DNA of 54,620 nucleotides, counting the filler, from Squatina squatina (Eukaryota), in assembly GCA_031763465.1 (NCBI GenBank). It is 3 parts of 3 records of this genome, joined end to end, with 100 filler letters (N's around TTAATTAATTAA, not from the genome) between each part and the next. Parts side by side here need not be neighbours in the genome. Positions count along the whole stretch, not along the records: positions 34,796 to 54,620 come from JARFOE010000192.1; 2 more parts are not named here. One strand, given 5' to 3'. Both the position numbers and the translations under genes were made by a program. Shown here piece after piece: positions 36,794-47,626 of the stretch. Numbering within the stretch: the first letter of the stretch is position 1; the number at the start of each line of letters is the position of its first letter. Under the pieces are notes generated by a model that did not search any database, was not told the origin of the DNA, and saw only the letters and a list, made by a program, of their open reading frames with translations.

Positions 36794-37809
36794 GTACGGA
36801 GAATGAGGGGTGTGTGTACTGTGGGGGGAATGGATGGAGGGTTGGAAAGGGCTTTGATTTTTGAATATGCTACTGGCCTCGATGGTTTGAGTAGTTGATG
36901 CCAGCCTCCCGGTTAAGCTGATCGTCGATTTATACCCTCACAGCCTGAAGTCTTGATCTACTTGCTGTGTTAGACACAGACGGCTTTTGCCTTCAGCTCT
37001 GAATTGAAGGTATTGATGCTAATTGTGACCGGAGTTTGTCCAGTGTGTACACCGTGTCCTTTCAGCACGTGACGTGGAGTGGGACGGAGGACTTGGGCTG
37101 AGTTTTGATTTGTCACCACTGGCGAAGCTGTCCCTCTGTTGGTGGTTGGCTGTCCCAGCAGGGCTCGCGCTGAGTCGTGAACTGAAGCCCGACACGTCCC
37201 AGATGAACAGTTCCTAATCTCAAATGTGCCTTTTGGACAAACCTCAAGGGAGGGTGGGGGAACACAAGAACAGGAATAGGCCATTCGAGCCTGTTCCACC
37301 ATTCAATGGGAATGAATCAGAGCTTGGACCACTCCTGTTGGTGGCCTGTGACGCACCTCCTGTTGGTTGGCTATGGACCCAGATTTACAGGCCTGGCAGG
37401 CGATTGCCCAGTTGACAAGGGTGTGGTGAAGGAAATGAGAAAGTTCTGTTATTTAACCAGGTATCNNNNNNNNNNNNNNNNNNNNNNNNNNNNNNNNNNN
37501 NNNNNNNNNNNNNNNNNNNNNNNNNNNNNNNNNNNNNNNNNNNNNNNNNNNNNNNNNNNNNNNNNCTGTTGGTCAGTGAGGAGATGAGGGCAAGTGGGAC
37601 CTTGGTGCAGTAGAGTTTTGTTCTTTTGATCCTTGGCCACAAATGACAAGATTTATTGAATTTAATTTCACAACTACCTCTGGGTTGCAAGTCCAATACC
37701 ACAGGGCTACTGCACCTTCTGCAGGGATTCTGAGTACGTGTACATGTCATTACGTTGCGCCTCCAACAACGTTCTGCTCCTCCTCCTCCTCCTCCCATAA
37801 ATACACTGA

Positions 37810-38285
37810 ATGCTAGAAAGATGAATGACGGTCTTGGAGAGGGTGCAGAAGAGATTTACTAGAATTATACCAGGGATGGGGGACTTTAGGTATATGGAGA
37901 GACTGCAGAAACTGGGATTGTTAGAGCAGAGAAGGTAAAAGGGAGATTTAATAAAGGTGTTTAAAATCTTGAAGTGTTTTGATAGAGTACAGTGGCAGGG
38001 GGGTCGATAACCAGAGGGCACAGATTAAAGGTAATTAGCAAAAGAATCAGGGAAGAGATGAGGAGAATTTTTTTTACGCGCATTGTTACGACCTGGAATG
38101 CACTGCCTGAATGGGTGGTGGCAGGAGATTCAATAATAAATTTCAAAAGAGAATTGGATATCTACTTGAGGAAAGATTTGCAGGCCTCTGGGGAAAGAGC
38201 AGGGGGAGTGGGACTAATTGGATAGCTCTTGCACAGACACGTGAATGTGGACCAAATGGCCTCCTTCTGTGCTGTAAGATTCTGT
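37810..38285 (+). mobile_element. CR1 LINE 3' end
   Basis: LERVQKRFTRIIPG, TRGHRLKV, FFTRIVTTWNALPEWVV and FKRELDIYL. Confidence 0.92.
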
Positions 38286-38959
38286 AAAAAAGCCATTACA
38301 GCAGGACAGAGTAGCACAGTGTGATGCCTGGTTGCAGGCACCGTGCATGCCTCTGGGGTGATGAGCATATCGGTGTTTGAGACCCACCGAAGAAGCTCTG
38401 AACTCAAAGGGTTACTCGAAGAATTTTTTTTAATGGTTTCCTAACTTGGGCTGAAGTTCAAACTTTCCACCCAAAGAATTTACACTGAATTCCTCTGAAC
38501 ATACTTCATCCCAATGAATGTGGTCTGCTCTTTCAAAAACACTCACGGGTTGGCCTGGGGATGGTGAAATCTGTCTAACCATTGGCCCTTGGGGACAGAC
38601 TAAATGTCTTGAGGCAGGTGACCTTTTAACGGAATTTTTTTCCCAGTACTTATTGGAGTAAAGGATGTCAGTGCTGGCAACGGATTATTCCCCGCACCTC
38701 TACCCCTCCAACCCCCCCATTCCCCATCCCTTTATTTTATAGCCAGTGTTTGCAATAAGCACTCCCGGGTGAGGTGTAACACAGGCTAGGAAACATTCCC
38801 AACTGCACTAGTTATACGCTCCTCTCTCATACACCCGCCAACCTTGTGATCCAGTGAAGTGGGCGACCTCACTTCAACAACGTATGTAGCTCTCTGCTTG
38901 AATTTGGGCCCACTAGGAACTGGGTTAAAACTGCCCAGCCGGCAGTGTGGAAACGTTCG

Positions 38960-39150
38960 ACCGGGTAAGGGCGTCAGATTTCCTTCCCTAAACCAGATGG
39001 GTTTTTACGACAATCCGGTGGTTTCATGGTCACCATTACTTATATTTGAATTTAAATTCCCCGGCTGCCATGGTGGGATTTGAACTCGTGTCTCTGGATC
39101 ATTAGTCCAGGCCTCTGGGTTACGAGCTCAGTAATGTAACGACTATGCTA
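38960..39150 (-). mobile_element. tRNA-derived SINE (second family), 5' part
   Basis: Minus strand TAGCATAGTCG (A-box-like)...GAGTTCAAATCCC (B box)...GGGAAGGAAATCTG..CTTACCCGGTC. Confidence 0.75.
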
Positions 39151-39306
39151 CTGTTCCCCAAATCGAATGTTCCAGCCTTTTTATCCATTAAACCTGTGCT
39201 GGTGTNNNNNNNNNNNNNNNNNNNNNNNNNNNNNNNNNNNNNNNNNNNNNNNNNNNNNNNNNNNNNNNNNNNNNNNNNNNNNNNNNNNNNNNNNNNNNNN
39301 NNNNNT

Positions 39307-39478
39307 CCCTCACCACTGCCCCTCCAACAGTGCGGTGCTCCCTCACTACTGCCCTTCCAACAGTGCGGTGCTCCCTCACTACTGCCCCTCAGTATTGCAG
39401 GCAATCCTCCAGATGTGGCCTCTGCGGCGCTCCTTCAGTATTGCCACTCCAACAGTGTAGCACTCCCTCAGTACTGCA
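39307..39478. repeat. 33-bp minisatellite derived from the DeuSINE central region
   Basis: CCCTCACCACTGCCCCTCCAACAGTGCGGTGCT, two near-perfect copies plus degenerate copies; truncated by a gap on the left. Confidence 0.85.
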
Positions 39479-39763
39479 ATAGAGTCCAGTGTCCTGTCGT
39501 CATCTGTTGAATCCACGGAGGATAAAACCTGAACATCTAAGGGTTAATGTCTTTGTTTCCCAGCCTCTTGATCTTTTAAAGATGCTTCTCGTTTCTAAAA
39601 GTGGAATCTATTCAGCAGATGGGTTGTCCTAAGTCCCCCATCCTGCTTCCCCGCGGGGAGTAATGCGATCGACAGTTTCACTGTTGACATTGGAACGTTT
39701 AAGAACTGGTTCTCGACTGACCTGTCCCCGTTTCTCCTTCACCCTCCCCTTTGTGTTTTACAG

Positions 39764-39833
39764 GCCTACACGGGGCACACTAACTTGGTGCGGTGCATCA
39801 GCGTCTCTCCGAGTGGCCAGTGGTTGGCATCAG
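39764..39833 (+). CDS. BOP1: BOP1 exon, first WD40 repeat (70 nt)
   Basis: ttttacag|GCC TAC ACG GGG CAC...GCA TCA G|gtaatg encodes AYTGHTNLVRCISVSPSGQWLAS(G) (human [24 protein letters not shown]). Confidence 0.93.
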
Positions 39834-40729
39834 GTAATGGCACATTCCTCTCTTCTCCACGTTACATTTTTGATGGTCTCGAGTTGTTAGTGCTCTTAAA
39901 ACAACAAGTGGGGGGGAAGTAACTGTGCTAAAAGGGAAGCTGGAACATTTCTGTGGCTACTCCCGCTCTGAGCAGCAGCTTTCCAGCCGCTGAAATCATC
40001 CTGCGGGGCACTGAGGTAATCGAGTTATTTCACACCACTTCAATGCTGTGTGTGTCTGTGTCTAGCTGGGCAAAGGACTCGGAGCGCAACAGTGCAGCTC
40101 CCTTCCATACAGTCAGATGATGCAAAAGAAAACAGCGATTCACTCACTCTGCAATCATTTTATTTCCCATTAGGACTTTCCTGTAAGCTTTGGGTTTCAA
40201 ACTCAGGTATATTTCATTACATTGCCCCCATTTTAGCTCCTCGCATCCCAGTGGGGGGTGGGGTGCGGTTTGCTTCTGATCTACTCCCAGACGTAACAAC
40301 TGGCCTCGTGGCTCGCTGCCTGGCCTCTCTGTCTGGCATTGTGCCTTGCTGCCTGAGGTGTGGCACGCTGCCTATGGATGGCCCCACGTCTGCGGTGGGA
40401 TCAGCGAAAGGAGGGAGACTAGCATCAGGGTCATACCTAAGCAGCATATTGCAAGCACAGACAGTGTGATGTGAGTCTAGAATTCAGTCTGTCTGCCTGC
40501 CTGGGATCACTTTATAATCCCCTTGCTTTCAATTCAAAAGTGAAATTCCTCTCCGTGAAATTAAAGTTAACGTAACTAACAACCCGGTGAACTTGCAGTT
40601 TCAATTGCAAGCGATGAATTATGNNNNNNNNNNNNNNNNNNNNNNNNNNNNNNNNNNNNNNNNNNNNNNNNNNNNNNNNNNNNNNNNNNNNNNNNNNNNN
40701 NNNNNNNNNNNNNNNNNNNNNNNTAATGT

Positions 40730-40970
40730 CCATCCTTCAGGGAAGGAAACCTGTCTTATTTACCCGGTCTGGTTTATGCGTGTCCACACAGTCCCACACT
40801 AACTCTCAACTGTCCTCGGATGTGGCGTCGCAAGCCACTCTATCAAACCGCTACAAAGAATAACCAAAATCACTACGTGGTTCAAGAAGGCCCACCTCAA
40901 CCTTCTCAGGGCAACTAAGGATGGGCAATAATGTCAGCCTTGTCAGCGACGCCCACATCCAAAAATTAAT
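40730..40970 (+). mobile_element. SINE (second family) 3' part with a LINE-derived tail
   Basis: GGGAAGGAAACCTG..TTACCCGGTCTGG is shared with 38960-39150; tail GGTTCAAGAAGG..CCTTCTCAGGGCAACTAAGGATGGGCAATAA..GCGACGCCCACATCC. Confidence 0.7.
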
Positions 40971-41049
40971 TTTTTAATAGAATGTAAACTGGGCACTAAT
41001 TATTCTCCTGTGGGAATTGTTTTCTGACTGTCCTTTTTGTTTGTTCTAG

Positions 41050-41137
41050 ATGTCACAAGCTCCAGGAGTCCTTGTTGAGCTCAGCCAGTGGGTACAGCAA
41101 TTACAGAGGAATTCTCAACTGGTGCGTGGTCATGCTG
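41050..41137 (+). CDS. DGAT1: DGAT1 exon 2 equivalent (88 nt; not in ORF track)
   Basis: ttgttctag|A TGT CAC AAG...GTC ATG CTG|gtgagt encodes [29 protein letters not shown] (human [29 protein letters not shown]). Confidence 0.96.
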
Positions 41138-41929
41138 GTGAGTCCAAATGGACCTGCTTAAAAATCTGTTTTTGAATGTATCCAATTACATGAAGGGGGA
41201 GAAAATCTAGCACCGGCAGAGTGGGCCATTTTGAAGCTGGGTTTGCAATTGAAGTCTTCAACTTTTGAAATAGCTGTTAAAGGTATCTGATTTTTCTTTA
41301 CTTCAAGTGTTATCAACATTGTTATTGTCCCATTTTGCTTGTGTAACAAACTTGTGCACAGGCTGCAATGAGCCAACGTTGTGTTAACAAATCTGGCATT
41401 GTGAACGTGGCGGTTAAAATGAGGGCACTGTGATTGCTCCGACAGACCCACCACTGAGGTGTTGATGTCCCAAAATTCTGTGCAGACGATACTATGAAAA
41501 TTGTGTATCTCTCCCAGTCCCCATCTGCTCGGAGACAAATATTTTTTCTTTGCATTTTGTACACATTTATAAGTGGTTTCTNNNNNNNNNNCAGCAAACA
41601 AAGTACCACGCCCTTCAGTAAAACAGGGTAACGGAGAACAAGGTGCCAGCAGGGCGGTACTATAAACCGCAACTGAAGGCATTGTTTTGCTGAAGGAGAT
41701 AGATGGCACCAGGACATTTTGCAGTGTTGTGATGGCTGGATGAACTTGTGTAGAGGGACTGGGGAAGATTTCCTTGTGCAATTCTACCAATCGAGCATGA
41801 ATTCAGTGTTTGTGGACTTTACCTGGTACTCTTATTAACTTCGCCCTTGATAAGCGAGCAGCAATTTATTTTATTGAGAGGCTGAAGTGAGGGTCCAAGT
41901 CCTGTGGTACAGGATGCTGCCAAGAATAG

Positions 41930-42126
41930 AGAAGAAAGAACTTGTTTTTAAAAAGCACCTTCAAGACGTTTAGATTGTTTCACAACTGATTATTTTTCAA
42001 GTGCACGGTTGTGCAGACGAATGCAGCAGCTTGCCTGCACAAGAGAGTCCTACAAACAGCAAATTAGAGTAACCTGTTTTCTGGGGTGTTGGTTCAAGGA
42101 TGAACATTGGCCAGTGCATTCCAGAT
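41930..42126 (-). mobile_element. DeuSINE 3' half, decayed
   Basis: AAGAAAGAACTTG..AAAGCACCTT..AATGCAGCAGC..GTTGGTTCAAGGATGAACATTGGCCAG is the reverse complement of the SINE tail and core. Confidence 0.6.
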
Positions 42127-42734
42127 NNNNNNNNNNNNNNNNNNNNNNNNNNNNNNNNNNNNNNNNNNNNNNNNNNNNNNNNNNNNNNNNNNNNNNNNNN
42201 NNNNNNNNNNNNNNNNNNNNNNNNNNTAGAGAGAGAGGAATTTCAGGCAAATATCTTTAAAATTCATACAATATCTCATGATGTAATTTCAACACCTAAG
42301 ATTTATCATGTTAATTCAATATTTTCACTTATTCTTTAAAAATTACATCATATCCCTCACTATCCATTGAACACGCCATTCCTGTACTAGAAATACAGCC
42401 AGAATTCTTTGCCTCAGGCCACTGTGAAGCATGTTAGTAGCTAGATGTGATTTTGATTCCCACCAGGCAAACTGCACAGGAAACCCAGCTCCGATTGCTG
42501 CATTGCACTGGTAGCCACTGTAAACTATAAGGGCAGGATTTTGCAACCAGCGGCACCGTTCGTTACACTTGCACTTGCCCATGGGCTTTTGCACTGGAAG
42601 TTATGTCAGCCAACCATCAAAAAAGTGCAGCGCATTCTGGGACAGAGTAAGCAACCATGTGTTTCCTTAACCAATCAAATTCAAGAATCATTAATGAGCA
42701 ACGCAGAGTCTGAACTAGGAAGTGTCATATGATT

Positions 42735-42901
42735 ACATACAATATACGGCACAGAAACAGCGCCATTCGGCCCAACCAGTCCATGCTAGCATTTATGCTC
42801 CACTCGAGCCTCCTCCCGTCTTTCCGAATCCAAATCTCTTCTCTTCTCCCTCATATGCTTGTCTAGGTTCCCTTAAATGCATTTATACTATTCACTTCAA
42901 C
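42735..42901 (-). mobile_element. CR1 3' tail
   Basis: GCACAGAAACAG..CCATTCGGCCCAAC..TTTATGCTCCAC; similar tails at 22566-22700 (+), 44588-44790 (-) and 53040-53095 (-). Confidence 0.75.
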
Positions 42902-43050
42902 NNNNNNNNNNNNNNNNNNNNNNNNNNNNNNNNNNNNNNNNNNNNNNNNNNNNNNNNNNNNNNNNNNNNNNNNNNNNNNNNNNNNNNNNNNNNNNNNNNN
43001 NAACTAAGCTTGTGCTTTACTGAAATTCCAGTGACCCATTGTGCACTGAA

Positions 43051-43057
43051 TACTAAC
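43051..43057 (+). promoter_or_regulatory. Consensus branch point TACTAAC
   Basis: Exact TACTAAC about 20 nt upstream of the AG acceptor at 43075-43076. Confidence 0.75.
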
Positions 43058-43076
43058 CACATTCTTCACTTAACAG

Positions 43077-43262
43077 AACCTGAATCGAAGAAAAAGAGGA
43101 AGCTGGTGGCCATCCACCAGGCCCTGAACAATGACCCGGTGGATGTGGAGACTCTCCGGCAGTCCGCTGTTAGTGAGGGTGGGCTCCTGACTGATGAGAT
43201 CCGCAGGAAGGTCTGGCCAAAGCTGTTGAACGTAAATGTTTACAACCTACCTCCGAAACCAG
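43077..43262 (+). CDS. TBC1D20-like Rab-GAP, exon 2 equivalent (186 nt)
   Basis: taacag|AA CCT GAA...AAA CCA G|gtaagg encodes PESKKKRKLVAIHQALNNDPVDVETLRQSAVSEGGLLTDEIRRKVWPKLLNVNVYNLPPKP, the TBC1D20-family N-terminus. Probably the paralog rather than TBC1D20 itself, so no symbol is given. Confidence 0.93.
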
Positions 43263-43431
43263 GTAAGGTGGGGGCAAGGGGAAATTCCTCGCTTCTCTGT
43301 CGCGATTTAGTCCTGCTCCCATCCATTTAGAGCTCCTGCTGTGTGTTCAATTGCTTTTTTTTTGGGTGAATTTTTGTGCCCAAGATGGACGATGCCAGTG
43401 ATGGGAAGTGAGACACTTTCCATTTTAGTGA

Positions 43432-43602
43432 TATAGAACAGGAGGAAGCCATTCAGCCTTTTGAGCCTGCTCCGCCATTCTGTTAGATCATGGCTCATCT
43501 GTATCTTCGCTCCATTTACCTGCCTTGGTTCTGTAACTCTCAATATCCTTCTCCAACAAAAGTCTTATCAATCTCAGTTTTTATATTTTCACTAAAGCCC
43601 CG
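43432..43602 (-). mobile_element. CR1 3' tail
   Basis: AACAGGAGGAAGCCATTCAGCC..GAGCCTGCTCCGCCATTC..AGATCATGGCT, the reverse complement of the tail at 26520-26595. Confidence 0.8.
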
Positions 43603-43904
43603 NNNNNNNNNNNNNNNNNNNNNNNNNNNNNNNNNNNNNNNNNNNNNNNNNNNNNNNNNNNNNNNNNNNNNNNNNNNNNNNNNNNNNNNNNNNNNNNNNN
43701 NNGCTTTTGTATCCAATCCTAAACTTGCAGTAAAATACCCATGGTTTATAAACCTTGGGATTGTGTAAATGCCCTCTTGGTTAAGAATATCACTCAAGGG
43801 TGTTGCCAATATTCTAGCTTTTTCCCTTCCTCTCCAAAGGATATTGCACCACTCCGCTAAATAAACTGAGTGACAACACTGGTAAGAGGTGCTAACATCT
43901 GAAT

Positions 43905-44312
43905 AAATCATCTTGGCCTGAGGCAGAAGGTCATGGTATCAAGCCCCATTCCAGAGACCTAAGCAGAAAGCCTGGGTCAACACTTCATTGTGACACCGAG
44001 GGAGTGCTGCTTTGTCGGATGAGACACTAAACTGAGACCCGACTGTCTGTGCAGGTGCAAAAGATCCCATGGCATTATTCAAAGAAGAGCAGTGTGTCCT
44101 GGTCACCATTGATCCCTGGATCAACACCACAAACACAAATTTACTGGTCATTTATCTGATGTACTGTTTGTGGGACCTTGCAGTGTTGGAAATGGCTGCC
44201 ACACTTGTCTACGCAATGACAGTGACTACACTTCAAAAGTAACTCATCAGATGTGAAGTGCTTTGAGGTTCTGAGGCTGTGGAAGGCGCTATATCAATGC
44301 AGATTCTTTCAT
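43905..44312 (+). mobile_element. DeuSINE (SacSINE1-like) copy just upstream of the TBC1D20-like exon
   Basis: GAGGGAGTGCTGC..TCGGATGAGACACTAAAC..AAAGATCCCATGGCATTATTCAAAGAAGAGCAG..CAGTGACTACACTTCAAAAG..AAGGCGCTATATCAATGCAG. Confidence 0.88.
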
Positions 44313-44362
44313 GTTTGAAGTGAGTAATTGCCTTGGCTGAAGCTGTTTTGTCTCTGATTTAG

Positions 44363-44504
44363 GGCTGAGGTCGGCACCATCTTTGCCCTGAGCTGGTTGA
44401 TCACCTGGTACGGTCACGTTCTCTCCGAGTTCCGTCATACCGTCAGGCTCTACGACTTCTTCCTGGCGAGTCACCCACTGATGCCGGTCTACTTTGCGGC
44501 GGCG
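44363..44504 (+). CDS. TBC1D20-like Rab-GAP, exon 6 equivalent (142 nt)
   Basis: gatttag|G GCT GAG GTC...GCG GCG GCG|gtacgt encodes AEVGTIFALSWLITWYGHVLSEFRHTVRLYDFFLASHPLMPVYFAAA (human TBC1D20 AEVGTIFALSWLITWFGHVLSDFRHVVRLYDFFLACHPLMPIYFAAV). Confidence 0.95.
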
Positions 44505-44799
44505 GTACGTAGCGGCGCATGCCCGCCCCACTCGCTGAACGCCCAGTCTGGTACTTCCCTGCCCCTCGTGCTCAGCGGTTTGTCGGAATTACATAAAATC
44601 TGCAGCACAGAAACAGGCCATTTGTCCCAGCTAGGCTATGGCAGTGCTTATTCTCCACATGAGCCTTTTCTCGCCTCTCTTCATCTAACCCCATCAGCAT
44701 ATCCTTCTATTCCTATCTCCCTCATGTACTTGTATAGCTTTCCCTGAAATGCATCTGTTATTTGCCTCAACCACTCCCATGTGGTAGCAGATTACCCCC

Positions 44800-45259
44800 A
44801 ATCCCATTAGGGCTCATGGGATTGGGGGTAATATACTGGCATGGATTGAGGATTGGGTAACAGACAGAAAACAGAGAGTAGGAATAAACGGGTCATTTTC
44901 GGGTTGGCAGACTGTAACTAGTGGGGTACCGCAAGGATCAGTGCGTGGCCCTCAACTATTCACAATCTATTATCAGTGATTTGGATGAGGGGACCAAATG
45001 TATTTTATCCAAGTTTGTTGATGATACAAAGCTAGGTGGAAATATAAGTTGAGAGGAGGATGCAAAGAGATTTCCAGGGAATATAGACCGGTTAAGTGAG
45101 TGGGTAAGAACATGGCAAATGGATCATGATCATGTGGAGAAATGTGAAGCTATTAACTTTGGTAGGAAAGATAGACAAGCGGAGTATTTTTTAAATGGTG
45201 AGAGATTGGAAAATGTTGGTCTTCAGAGGGACCTGGGTGTCCTTGTACACAAATCATTG
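44800..45259 (+). mobile_element. CR1 LINE RT core fragment
   Basis: WIEDWVTDRKQRVGINGSFSGWQTVTSGVPQGSV, then DLDEGTKCILSKFVDDTKLGG and LQRDLGVLVHKSL. Confidence 0.93.
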
Positions 45260-47533
45260 NNNNNNNNNNNNNNNNNNNNNNNNNNNNNNNNNNNNNNNNN
45301 NNNNNNNNNNNNNNNNNNNNNNNNNNNNNNNNNNNNNNNNNNNNNNNNNNNNNNNNNNNGTAATACCAGGGGTGTGAAACTTGTCTTGACATTAATGAGA
45401 GACTTAATCTCCAAATAATACAGTTGGCAGATGAGGTAGGTGTCAAGAGATACTGCCTTGAATTGGGTAAAGGGCCATCTAGTCAGTTCCTATAAGCAAT
45501 AATCTGTATATTATTTTTTCAGGCAGAATAATTGGATGCTTCTGCTAACAGTAATTAGGCTGGCCAAATTTGTTTGTGATGTAGGCCCCACAATGAATGA
45601 CAAAATAACAAGATCTCTACAGAAAATTGATTCTAACAGTTTAGATTTTTTTTTTGAGATGTATCATGATGATAACATACCGAGATTATTGATTATAAGG
45701 TATGAACTTTGGGCTGGGTGGTGTCACAATTTTGGTGGCCCATGTGGCTACCAATTTTTGAGATTGGCCAAATAAATGATGACCAATATGGTCCCACAGA
45801 ACAGGCCCTTCCAGCCTGTATGAAGTTTTGGCTACCCATTTGTTAATTTAGGCAACCAAAATTTCAGACATGGTAATCCCATGTCCAATGAGATTGTAGA
45901 TGCCAGAAAGCAACAATGACAACTTACTCGCGCACTCATTACATGTGGGGAGATGTCTCACAGCAAGTGGACGCTGATGGGCAGGGGCGGTCAGGAGGAG
46001 GCAAAAGTGGTTGAAGCGGAGGCCTCTTAAGTAGGTGGATGTTAAAAATCCCACGGCGCAACTCGAAGAAGATCAGAGGGAGGTCTCCCCAGTGTTGGTC
46101 CTGGCACCAATGCCATCCTGGTCAAAAGTATCAGTAATATTCTTCGTGACTGCAACTGTGGATCTTTGCCCCTCATTGCTCTGGTTGGCCACACCGCAGT
46201 CTTCTGCACGATGGACCATTCCATTCCCATCATCAACTCTTCTCCACAGTTAACCTTCATGTTGCTGGTTTCTTCTGATTCTGCTCCCACTTGNNNNNNN
46301 NNNNNNNNNNNNNNNNNNNNNNNNNNNNNNNNNNNNNNNNNNNNNNNNNNNNNNNNNNNNNNNNNNNNNNNNNNNNNNNNNNNNNNNNNNNNNTTAGGGG
46401 GCAAACGCGTGAGTATTGGGGCGATATTATCGCAATATTTGACTAGATTTGGGTGTGAGGGGAGCGGAGGTGGTGGGGGAGAAGGAGGGCTTGGAGGGGA
46501 GATGTTGTGAACCACACAGATGTCTGACTGTGTCTATTGAGTAGGTTGACTACAATCAGCGCCCAGTGGGTCAAAGGGCCGGCGGATAATTGCGAGGCCC
46601 CGAAAGGTGTCACGTTCTGGGAATTGTCAACACGTTCCTACTACGTGATCAGACTACCTATTCGCCAATCGCCAGCAAATAGCTTTTTTAAAAAAAACAC
46701 TACCTGTTACAATATCAACCTGTTACTGTACAGGGTAACAAAATGGGGCTTGGAGCGATACATTTAGCTTCTAACCATTGCAACGGCAATTTAAAATAGA
46801 TATGTTATTGGAAAAATAACAACGCATACATCATATATTAAGAATTGTCTTTATTAATTATTATTATTCATTTTTAATTATGAAGTGCGCCATAATGTCT
46901 GGTGTCTTTGTGCTTACAACCGTCATTTCAGATACTGGCTTAAAAATTCCCGTGAAAATTTCCCCCAGAAACTGGGAGGGTTATACACTTTTTACAATTT
47001 GTAAAAATCCTGTTTTTTTTTTAAGTTGCAAATGTTATTTACAAGACTTCTCGCGATATACACTTCTCCTGTGTGCATGTGTCCGTGTGTTTCTTAAATG
47101 GTTATTATTAATAATAAATACAATTCCTTCTACCTGAATCTAGGAATCTGACGTTAGTGCTACCGGGTGTGACCCTATAATGGAATAAGACCGAGTTAGA
47201 CGGTAATGGGAGTGCTTTGAAAGTGGTTTTACTACGTGTTGTTCATTTATGAAAAGTAATTGAATGGCTGGGAGCTGTTCTTTCAGCACCCGGACTGCCA
47301 TCCCCTATACTACAATGAAAGGCAGGCAATGTTAAAATGGAAGATTCATTTGTCTTAAATCCTATAAGACTACAATGGAAAGTTCCCTGATATTAATTAT
47401 TTATTATTATTATCCTAAATAACTGTTTTACTANNNNNNNNNNNNNNNNNNNNNNNNNNNNNNNNNNNNNNNNNNNNNNNNNNNNNNNNNNNNNNNNNNN
47501 NNNNNNNNNNNNNNNNNNNNNNNNNNNNNNNNN

Positions 47534-47626
47534 GTGACAGGTCAGGGGGTGACAGGTCAGGGGGTGACAGACAGGTCAGGGGGTTGGGTGACAGGTCAGG
47601 GGGTGGGTGACAGGTCAGGGGGTGGG
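47534..47626. repeat. Minisatellite (GTGACAGGTCAGGGG)n, 15-24 bp variants
   Basis: ACAGGTCAGGGG occurs five times; truncated by a gap. Confidence 0.9.

Noticed and set aside
39307-39478. 33-bp repeats as a CRISPR array
   Set aside because: Head-to-tail units without unique spacers, SINE-derived, in a vertebrate context with no cas genes.
41158-41790. 210-aa minus-strand ORF
   Set aside because: No recognisable domain, spans an N gap, and lies antisense within a DGAT1 intron; likely chance.
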